Below, in pieces: positions 22,535 to 33,444 of a stretch of 64,000 nucleotides of DNA. Position numbers and translations under genes: made by a program. The stretch lies in assembly GCA_008632985.1 (NCBI GenBank), contig QPGO01000064.1:310001-374000 (forward strand), written 5' to 3'. Source of the stretch: Psammoneis japonica. Its lineage: Eukaryota. Under the pieces are notes generated by a model. It was not told the origin of the DNA and ran no database searches. It was given only the letters and a program-made list of their open reading frames with translations. Positions within the stretch are counted from its first letter, which is position 1; each line of letters opens with the position of its first letter.

Positions 22535-25244
22535 TCACAGCTTCGGATTGTAGCAATAATCCTTTCCTCTGCGCCCTTTACCGGTGCACCCAGGAACTTC
22601 TTCATATTCCTTTCTAATAAAGCACTTGAGTCCAGGCTGACAGTCCTTGTTGCTGTCACAGTCGGCTTCGCATTCCCCGAGTGGCATATGATGAGCGTCT
22701 TCTTCGGCTTTGTAAAGATAGACGAGTGTTCCTGGAGGATACGGGACACAGTAGTCAATGTTATCCTGTGGGGTTCCGGAACATTGTGGAACCCCTTCCC
22801 CATGCTTTCTATTTTCCAGACAGAAGAAGCCTCTCTGGCACTGAAAGTCGTTGTCGCAGTCTCCTTGACATTCTCCTAGGGGAAAGACTGATTTGTTATT
22901 GCCGATAAACTCAAGTGGTTTCTTGGATGATTCCAAAGGAGGCGGCAGAACTGCGATTGTGGACCCTGGTGTCGGAGGCGGCGTTGGACGACGAGTTTTT
23001 TTCTTTGGTTTCTTGATCTTGTTAACTCTCCAAGATGGCAGGAAACAATCTATGAAGGCAAGCGAGAGGATAAAAGGATGGCAGGTGTGAGCGACACCGG
23101 ACATCGAGAACAACAGTGCGATAGCATGGCTATCAACATTTACGACACTTACAATCATCTCCCTTAATTCCCCTGCCAATACATCCCTCAACTTCTTCGA
23201 ACGCTTTTCTCTTGCGACAGCGTAAGCCCGGGGCGCAATCGGCATGGGAATCGCAATCGCCGCGACAAGCTTGGAGAGGCCAGTGGTGGGCAGGTGATCT
23301 TGAGTCTCCAACTGTTGCTAATACGTTCGCGGGAATAGGGACGCAATAATCCTTGTTTCTGAGAATTTCAATAGACACGTGGACAAAAGATTTTGTAAGA
23401 GATTTGCTGCAAAACCTGTTGCATGGATATAAAACTGAAGTCTTCCGTGCCACCTACCTTCTTGGCGTTCCAGCACATCCTTCAATTTCTCCCGACGAGC
23501 TTTCAACACAATACAGACCTGGTTGGCACTGTTTATCGTTGTCGCAGTCACCTTGGCATGGTCCGAGAGGGAAACGCTTTTTTGGTGAGTTGCCGATGAA
23601 TTCAAGGATGGGTCGATCCTCGTTTACGGCGATTGTTGAGTCAGCAGTCGACGAGGCAGTGGGGGGTGGTGTAGCAGCTTTGGTGGGAACAGGAGTAGGT
23701 GCCAACGTAGGACTTTCGGTGATTGCCGGTATAGGTATCACGGGTCCGTCGTAGCAATAACTTTTTCCAGTCTCTGGTGTCCCCTCGCATCCTGGAACTG
23801 GCTCATCCCCAGAACGGACCAGGCACACAAGGTCACCTTTGCAGTCATCGTGGCTCGTGCACTTTCCTTTACAGATGTCAAGCGGGAAAGAGGACGGATT
23901 CTCATTGTACTCAAGCTCCAAGTCCAAGGGAGGCGGTAAGACAAAAGGATCGGTGGGCTTCATTGTTGGGACTGGAGTAGGGGATATTGTGGGTAGTCGG
24001 GTTTGTGTTTGGGTGGGCACTTTTGTGGGAGGTGCGCTAGGCGGACGAGTTGCATCTGCAACTGCAGGCTTATCCGACGACCCCCAAGTTTGTTCTTGAA
24101 CGCGAGGACAATCTCCAGTGGACTCTTCATATCGACCAGTACCTCTGTCTATCGAAAAGGCGAGATTGTCTGTCAACGGATCCTTGAGAAGTGCAACTTT
24201 TAAAGGTGGTGCGCTATCACCATCGTCCACCTCCACGTTGAGCAAGTTGGGTGCATTGGGAAAAGGATACGTAGTGCAAAATGTATGACCATTCCCGTGA
24301 AAGTACATGAACTGTAAATGCGAGTAACGTTTTGCCAGGGTCCCGAGTGGAAGACCGAAGTGTTTTTCTCTTGCACCATCAAGCAACTGTGCGTGTCCGA
24401 ACACTACAACTGCCTTCATGTCAGCTTTCGTTGCGTTGTACTGGTTGATATTTTTTCTGATCCACTTGATGTTCTGGGTAAGTCTGACATCTTCGTCGCC
24501 CAACGATCCGCCTCCAACAACGTTGACACCAATAAACAAAACGTCCTTTAAGTAGAACGCAAAGTTTTCAGATCGATCCACACTCCCTACGTTTTGTGGT
24601 CTGGTTACCTGCGTTTGTCTATGCACAGTCACTCCTGAGGTGAGATTGCCGAATCCATATTTATTCCCTGGTCCAAAATGCTCCATCCATAGACGCCAAC
24701 CTTCGTCCGTGTCGTCACAATCATTCCTATAGGAGATTTCAAACATTATGAGTATATCAGGCTTCTTCACACCAACAGCGTGCTTCAAACTTGCTTACCA
24801 TTCATTGTCGCCAGGGACGAACAGGCAGTCACGAGGATCGTAATTGACTGCATTCTCATGATGCGCAAAAATGTCACCAATGTCGCTGTAGGCCTCTCGA
24901 TCACATGGTACGTGTGGTTTACCCGATTTAATATCACCAATGTGAACCATAAAGGCGGCACCATTCGGCCCAACTTCTCCAATTTCCCTTAATTGACCGT
25001 TCAGGCACCATCGATGATGGGGAAAGTAAGGGATATCCCCCATGCCAATGAAGCTGACTATTTCTTCTCCAACCACCCCCTTCGGGAGAGTCCTCATCTC
25101 GTGCATTGTACATGTTGACTTGAGTTCTCTTCCATCCACATCATCAGACGCATCGGTAAGCACATGGCGGTGGCCGTGAGCTTGGGCCTCCAAACAAAGT
25201 AAAACGAAGAGCGTGGCCTTCGAAAGGATCATCAATATTCTCAT
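22535..25244 (-). CDS. Secreted calcineurin-like metallophosphoesterase fused to Pro/Thr-rich linkers and five frustulin-type ACR modules (paralog 2, multi-exon)
   Basis: Signal peptide MRILMILSKATLFVLLCLEAQA; GDIPY, HIGDIK, VPGDNEW/NDC, VVFGH, YFHGNGH; modules CKGKCTSHDDC, CQGDCDNDKQC, CRGDCDSHADC, CQGDCDNDFQC and CEADCDSNKDC. Confidence 0.85.
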
Positions 25245-25689
25245 CTTGCTGATGCAGAGAGACCTTAGAGGAATTGAAAATACTGATTTATTGACTCTTG
25301 CAAGCAGCGGTTACTCCAGTATGGGAGGAAAAGATAATGTGATGGATTGCCCAAGTACGAGAAAGTAGTTTGTGATTTCTGATGTCATTGCGACGAAACA
25401 TTATGCGCGGTTCGCTTCTTTGCTGTTTCTGATGACATTTTGGAGACATTATCGAATGAAAAAAATTATCGACAGACATTGAAATATTTTTAATGAAGGT
25501 ATGGCATTGACATCAAGAAATGTCCCATTTATTTAGGGACGTTTCGTGGTACCGTTTCGACATTTCATGGTTGATCCCGCGCTCACATTATTGCCTGGAG
25601 GAATGCACCCTGTTCTCGAATACACAGGTCTACGACTGCGGTAACTCGACTTACGATGAAAGGAAACGAGGTTTACTTATCTGTCTCGA

Positions 25690-28600
25690 ATCCCATGTGA
25701 ACATGCTGACATGCATTTGAGAATGCATGCACCCGCGCATCTGTTTGACATGTGTGCAGGCGATCAATCTGACAATGATTGTTGTGACACCCCACAAACT
25801 GTGGATGCCGTGCATGTCCTCCGTGACAACTTTCTTTCGCTTGTCTCCTCTCTCGCATTCGCCTGTAGAAAACACCATGACTGACAACACTGATTGGCGC
25901 AGAAGCACAGAATGTCAAATGACTCGGAGTCTTGCCCGTGAGTTTGCAATCTGGAATCTTCCTTGACCATTGAATGCCGCACATGTGGCAAAGACATTGC
26001 CCAACACAGATTTCAAAGGTTCAGAAGTTTCGCTGTAAAAAGTGGGGAAGCTGTTGTCAATTCGTAAAGTGCACCAGCAACAAATGGGTGCAACTGTCTG
26101 CAGTCACTGGATCTCTTGTTCATGCAGTTTGATGTGTGTTGATGCAACAAGGAGATCTTGAAGTCTTGAAACCTCATCTGTTCTAGACGCTCATCTTCCA
26201 ATGGAAATCTTGAAGCCAAAGCTCAGATGAGTTGGACATTGGAAGCGCAGGTGATGAAATGCTCGCTCCACAAATTCACCCCTCGCAAATGGAAAATCAA
26301 TCTGGCATCCCTTTAAAATGCTCCTTTTTGCACCCCTTTTTTTGCACTCTTCTTGATCACGACTGGGAATCCAATGATGACCCTACATTGTTGTGTGGCA
26401 TTGGTCCATGTTTTGATTCTCCAATGGTTGCAAACCCTTGCCCTCATGAATGAACAGATCCCGGGAACCGCTGACAATGACAGCAACGCACTGCTGTGTG
26501 AAAAGATAAAATCATGTGTTGACAGCCATGAAACGGACTGCCAACCAGCCCTGCATCAAAACAAAACCAAAATTCCATCTTTAAAGTGCTGCTGCACTTC
26601 CACCCCGCAACTCCAGCAACAAGCTAACCCACACCCCCAGCGCACTGACAGCACGGCAGGAGCACACAACAATTGGCCAGGATTGGCATCACCCGCAGGC
26701 GATGCCGCGCCAAAGCAACTTGCGACAGCTCAAGTTCCGCGTGCAGCCAGACGCTTGGCTTCTTTAATGCTCGACTTGAACATTGGTTTGACCACAGCTG
26801 GCCAGTTTCAAATGCGATGAGTGGAGTGTGTGAGATGTTCTTCAACCGAGTCGAACAGTTGTGACCTGTCGTTTGCAAGACATTCGTCTGATCTTGAATG
26901 GATGGCCCGAACCTCTGCCTTGGCGTCTCTCCGCTGGGATGACTTCCCAGTGTCCGAATCGTGGCCATGTGCATCGTCATTGTGAGAGTCCCACAACTCC
27001 CACCATTGCTCCCAAATGTAATTGCCAACCGTTGCTGCCCAGTCCAAACGCCGCTCTTTGTCCGAAAGATCCTGATGCAACCCACCAGATGACAGGCAAG
27101 CTCGCTGCGTCTCGTTCCACTCGCGGGAAAAACGTTCACCAAAGATGAGCCTCCAACCAGTGGCATCCTGGGATCGGAGTGCAGCCACTGCACTCCTGTG
27201 AAGACCATCGGAACACATGATTTCCTCTCGAAACCATGTCTCAATTGATGAGATGATCAAATCACGGATGGATGGGGATGTGTGAATGTCGTCGCACTTT
27301 TTCCGCAGGCCTTGTAAAAACTTTCTGCGCCATTCTTCATTGTGGGGACACCGCAGAATGTGATCCCGGTCCTCCATTGGATGCTGGCAGTGAGCGCAAC
27401 AGTCGGGCCGCACCGGATTGTGCCGGTGGACGATTTTGTCAGTTGGAAGTAAATCTTGGTCCAACTTGACTGTGCTCACCTTTCTTCCAATGTTTCTTGA
27501 CATCAATCTGGAATGCACTGTCCAATCGATAGACTCACAAACCACATCAGACCACCCACACTTGTCTTTCATGCATCCAATGAGTGCAGGACTGGATGCC
27601 TCGAAGCGGAGAGCAGGCTTGAATTTTGAATTTACAGTCGCATTTTGAACGACCAAATTTGCCATGCAATGAGGTGTCCTGGGGGCCACCAGTGCGTTCG
27701 ATGAGCATTTTCCGTGATGTCGACCAGCTGGCATGTCCACACGCACATTCAGTTTAGCTGGCAATGACAGCAATTCGAAAGGGACTTCATCGTCTTGATG
27801 CCCTTTCACCCAATGGACATCGACAAAAGTTCCGGAAGACTCTCCAACAGAACAGCTCGAGATGGCATGAGCAGACTGGCACATTTCATGCAACAGATCC
27901 CATTCTGCTGATGAGGTGTTCGCCACGTGATGTCGTTGGTGGCAGTCGCGGACTTGGTTGGATTCATCTAGATCGTCTGGCAAGGGAGGCACTGCTGCAA
28001 AGTCCACAATGTGCCAAATCAATGAAGAGTTGTCGCAATGAAGATCAAATCCGAGCGGAAAAATCGATTGACAATGTTCCATCATCCAAAGGATAAATCG
28101 TAATGTGGGTGAGACACCGCACACTTCAGCCCTGTATGAAGATGGATGGAAACCGAACATGGGGCCAGCACAATCCACCAAAGGCACACCTGAAATTGTG
28201 AGGGTCCATCCAAAGGTGCCCTGAAATTCGACAATTGATCCGTCACTGCCAACAGAAGCACGTGATGACTGGAGACACTCAACAATCTCGAATGTCGACA
28301 CATGTGCAGCAATGTCTGTGAACAGGGAAGCCTCCCAATGTGGGAGCGACCGCAGCATCGCCAAGAAATCATTCGGAACAGGTGAGTGCACAGGAGCCGC
28401 AGTGGGAGATGCTGCAGAAGCTGATCTCCAACGGCCATCACTCGCAGCAGAGACCATGACGGGAGCAGCCAAAGGGGACAAATCATGCAATGTCTCCAAC
28501 TCAGAGACGGATTCCGCGCAATTGTCTTGCATTGGAAAAACCTGAAAACCGGAGTCAGTCTGAACATGCAAGCAATCTTCGGCTGGTTCGCAGCATGCCG

Positions 28601-30130
28601 GGCAGGCCATTCGCATGTCCGAAGAGGGAACAACCCACTGTCCCAATGGACCTTTGAGTTTCGTCGCATTCCCCACACACAAAAGTGAACAGAACCGCTT
28701 CCATTGCTTCCATGCACATGCAGACGGGCGTTGTTGCTCTGCTGGGTTCAACATCGACACTCCGCTGACAAGAGACTGTTCGCCCTCCAATGTGCATCGA
28801 TCGACAGACCGACCATCTGGAAGAGCAATGTCCAAAAACAGTTGAGACATTGAGGTGCAATCTGCAATGGTTTGCCCACCTGACCTCGCGATCTGCAAAA
28901 ATTCCCGAGTCCAAAACCACATCCATGACACATTGGTCATTGTCTCTCTGCAGCAGAAGGGCGCCAGTGTTGTCAAAGTCGATGCAGGCATTCACTCTTG
29001 CAAGAAATGATCACAAGGACACAAACCATTTTGACTCTGCGTGAGGTGGTTTCGAAGTCACGTCATGGAGGAAACTGATGCCCGCACCCAAATGAAACTG
29101 AATCCAAGAGATGGCAATGTGGGACATGGCCTGTGGTTGACCCAATCTGCTCCAGTGTCATGAGAACTGCAACACTTGGGCGACACCTTGCTCCACATCT
29201 AAAGAACGAAATCCTCCTCCACCCAAGGAGCATGGCCCGAACAAGACATCGTGCTTTGTGCTCGATCATGTCCGCATTTTGCGACGATGACATGCACTGC
29301 CTTTTGTTGAATTTCCAAAAGTTCCTTCGGAAGAAAGTGTGCATTTGGGAGAACGCAAGTCATGGAGGACAAGTGGCAGGCAAAGCAATGGGTCCAAGCC
29401 TCGTGTCGGTCTAACGGGCAGGATCGAGGAACACGGCAATGTCATCGCTTTTCTTCTTGAGCACCGAATGTTGCATCTTCTGGCTGCCAATGGGAGCTTT
29501 GTAGTCACCCAGTGTTTTGTGGGACGAGCACGCAGAAAGCTGTTTGCTCCGTCGGCTGGCGGTCCTGTGTCAGCAGGTGCAATCTCGATGATGAGTTCGT
29601 CATCACAAGGTCTGAGACAAGGCTCACCGTTGTCTGCAAACATCCATTCGATGGCGTGAAATGAACATTTGGGCAATTCCAGTTCATGGCCTGCAGCGTT
29701 CAAGAGATTGCACCACAATTGATCATCCTCTTGCATTTTGAAAGCAAGTTCAAGCATGCAAGGCTGAGGCGATGCGCGAAAATCGTTGACTTGTTTGGCC
29801 GTCCCGAAAATTGGCAACTCTTCAGAATGGGAGCAGGATGTTGGAGACAATCCGAGGACCGTTTTCAACCAGCAACGAGCCTCGTGAAGGCGACTTGGGC
29901 AACCTTCTTGGGCATGCCGTTGCTGCGGTTCTGGCCGCGACTGGAGAACCAGCCCTGCATCAGTTGTCAGGTGACGACGAATCACTGGGGCATGCCACCC
30001 CAAGAGAGTGCGCGCGGACGAGAGAGATGCAACAAGACATCATCCACCCATTTTGCTCCGATGACAGCAAGTGCAACCATAATTCGGCAGCAATCACCGC
30101 CATGGCGTTGAAGTCGCCTCGATGGTGCCA
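25690..30130 (-). mobile_element. Degenerate, 5'-truncated non-LTR retrotransposon (diatom Ambal-like LINE: RT fragment, RNase H, C-terminal zinc knuckle); TpA-depleted tract B
   Basis: ORF 26808-28991 has RNase H motifs SDGS..GTFGW, SYRAE, HCDNSSL, HWVKGHQDD and LNVRVD, the zinc knuckle CAHCQHPMEDRDHILRC, and QDATGW/WEQWWELW. ORF 29266-30003 has RT-like pieces SHSEELPIFGT and QLWCNLLNAAGHELELPKCSF. Confidence 0.85.
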
Positions 30131-30380
30131 GAGTTCGGGAATGAAGGGGGCAGTACATTTTTACGGTTTTTGGTGGCGGATACGCAGCGAGAAACTTCAA
30201 TTGTTCAGTCGTGACACGACGTCTGTACATGGCACGCATTGTTCTTCACCTTCACTCATTTTTTCGTCGCGCTCACGCACTCACGTTCTTCGCATCACAC
30301 AACATCACCACAAGAAGAATAAGCATTTCCTTCTGATCCGGTATTGCGCATAATAAAGGCAAGTGCTGAATAAAGAAATC

Positions 30381-33266
30381 ATGTCGTCACTAATGCGACG
30401 AGGTATATGGCTAAGTATTCTAGTTGCCACAACGAATGCCTTTCTGTCTCCTGCTGGTCGGCAATCTGTGGCACGCAAAACCTTTCTCCTGACAACACTG
30501 TCACCGCACACCGTGTTGCTGCTGTTACTCTTCCGGTAGATGCAACATCTTCCACTGAACAGCCCACGAGTTGCTTTCCTACCGACAATGCGTGGGAAGT
30601 TCACAAGTTTGGAGGAGCGAGTTTGGCGACCGCTGAATTATATCGAACTGTTGGGGACTTGCTTGTTACGGAAGCCTCGGATCGCGGTGAGGGTGCCATT
30701 CCAACCATGGCTGTGGTATCTGCACGAGGTGGTATGACTGACTTGCTGGTCAAAGTCGTGGACAGTGCTTGATTGATTTGACTGCCGCCGAAACCGCTCT
30801 GGAAGAGGCTGTTGAATCGCAGATTTCTGTTCTTCAAGAACTTGCACCAACCGACATTACTGCGCCAATCGAGGCGAGTTTCAGGCAGGACGCCAAAGAC
30901 ATATTGTCGGTGGTTCAATCTCTACGCATGTTACAAACTGTTCCTCCGGTTACAATGGAAGTTGTGACGGGCTTTGGAGAGATTTGGTCAGCCCAGACTC
31001 TCGCGGCCTATCTAAGGACGGTTGTCGATGATTGCAAGTGGATTGATGCTAGAGATATTCTCATTGTCAAGAGCAGCTCCGAAGGGCTTGGCGAAAAAGG
31101 TGAAGCATCTACTGGTGGCGTTACTCCACTTTGGGACGAGACTACCATCAAGATGAATGATTGGTGGGAGACAAATGCCGCCGAATCCCCAATTGTCGTT
31201 GTTACTGGATTCGTTGCCAAGACTGCCAATGGTGTACCAACCACATTAAAGCGGTCTGGGTCTGATTACAGTGCCACTATTTTTGCCAAGTTAGTTGGAG
31301 CCAGTCGGGTAACAATGTGGAAGAACACCAACGGAGTTTACACGGCGGATCCAAGGGCCGTACCGGATGCCTTTCCCATTGCATCGTTGAAATAGTACGT
31401 TTCTGTTGGTGTCTTCGTTTTTATTCCCACTTGACGAAATCTAACCTAACTCTTGCCTTTCTTCTGTTCAGTGATGAAGCCATGGAGCTCGCTTACTTTG
31501 GAGCACAGGTGCTGCATCCCTCGGCAATGGTCCCTTGTATCGAAGACGAAATTCCTGTGTATGTTCGAAACATTTTCAACCCGTCGTTTGAAGGCACGGT
31601 AATTCAGGGTCGCTCCAAGACTCTCGGGGAAGTCATGAAGGATGCGCAGATCAAGAATTGGCGTTCCAAAAGTGGAGAAATTCCCATCAAGGGTATCACG
31701 TCTGTCGAGAAAACTGCTCTTGTTACGTTGGAAGGCGCCTCCTCTATTGGAAATGTCGCCGCTCGGTTCATGGGAGCCATGGCAGATGCCGGAATCAATG
31801 TTCTCATCATTACACAAGCAAGTAGTGAGTCATCCATAACTGTAGCAGTTCCAGAAAACCAAGGGAAAGCTGCTATAGCAGCACTTAAAGATACCTTCGA
31901 GCTAGAGCTGGCACGCAGTACTGTCGGTTCTTTGTCTCTAGTGACTGGCATGAGCATTGTTGCCATTGTTGGTGAAGGTATGGCGTTGACATCTGGAGTG
32001 TCATCAACCTTTATGAGCTCCTTGTCGCGTGCCAATGTGAACATCCGCCTCATTGCTCAAGGATCTTCGGAGCGCCAGATTGCGGTTGTTGTCCAGGCCA
32101 GTGACGCGTCAAGAGCTCTGCGAGCCGCCCATCAAGCCTTTACTTTATCAGAAACTGTAGCAAGCGTTGCTCTTTTGGGCAGCCGCGGCTATGTCGGTAG
32201 TGCTTTGTGTAACCAGCTACGATCACAAAAGAAAAAACTCGCAGAAGATTTGGGAATCGCGGTTTCTGTCAATGTCGCAGCGTGTTCATCTACCATGGCT
32301 TTTTGCAAAGATTCCCTCGGTCTAGATATTGGTAGTCTGTCCGAACAGTTGAAGAGCCAAGACGCAGTAGATTTTGATCTGGATAAGATAACGTCCATCA
32401 TGGCTGCCGATGTGAACCCGCTAAGAGTCATTGTTGACTGCACAAACAGTGATGAGGTAGGAGAATACTATGAACGATGGTTGGCTTCGGGTATCTCGAT
32501 TATCAGTCCCAGCCGCAAGGTTGCTTCGGGAAACCTTGAGCGTTACCAACGTGTTTGCGAGGCCGCCAGAGAAAGTTCTACAAATTACTTTATGGAGAGT
32601 AGCGTCGCTAACGCGCTTCCCATTATCAGCACTCTGAATGATCTCCTTGAAACAGGCGACTCCATCAAGACAATTACGGGTGCCCTCTCTGGAACAATGG
32701 CATACGTACTCAGCACCTTTTCTGAAGATCTGCCTTTCTCAAGAGCAGTTCGGAACGCTATTGAAAGGGATATCCCGGAACTCGATTTCCGTGTTGATTT
32801 AAGTGGACTGGATACAGCGCAGAAAGTAGTAATCTTGGCGAGACAGGCAGGTTTGGACGTGAGCGTTGAGGATGTAGAAATCGAGAATATTGTGCCCGAG
32901 GAAATAATGTCAAAGTCCTACGGAGGAGACCAGCACGACGAAATGATTGAAGACGTAGAGAAGCACATGGATGGGCTTATGCAGGAAAAATTCAAGGCAG
33001 CCGAAGAAGCTGAAGGACGACTTCGCTACAAGTTCTCCATTGATCTCGAGACGGGAAAGTGCAAATGCTGGCTAGATACAGTGTCAACTACTGATCCTCT
33101 ATTCCGGCTGAAGAAGAAAGAAAATCTTGTTGCTTTCGAGACAAGTCGATATGAATCCTCTCCAATGATTGTGAAAGGAGCATCAGCTGGTCCAGACCTG
33201 GCGGCGGCAGGCATATTTGCCGACTTGCTCCGTCTGACACGGGCTTACGCATCGAATCAAGGCTAG
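30381..33266 (+). CDS. thrA: Bifunctional aspartokinase/homoserine dehydrogenase, plastid-targeted
   Basis: Presequence MSSLMRRGIWLSILVATTNAFLS; VHKFGGASLA, VVSARGGMTD, TTLKRSGSDYSA, GVYTADPR, EAMELAYFGAQVLHP; two ACT domains; HSDH motifs VIVDCT, ESSVANALP and DLSGLDTAQKVVILAR. Intron 31395-31471; frameshifts at ~30480 and ~30770. Confidence 0.95.
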
Positions 33267-33444
33267 TACAGTGACTTTTGTCTCGAGGCGTTATTCTCCG
33301 TAGAAGTAGAGAGAAAGCGTGATTGTTGCAGATGGACCGTCCAGGGAGAGACAGCACGCTTTCGAATCGGTTATGCTATACCCATGCAGTAGGTCAATGT
33401 GATTCACAAAAAATGCTAAAATTATGTTGTTACTGAATTGTCGT

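Noticed and set aside
25690..30130. Classical RIP or simple CpG decay as the cause of the compositional tracts
   Set aside because: RIP creates TpA rather than removing it, and CpG is retained in this tract.
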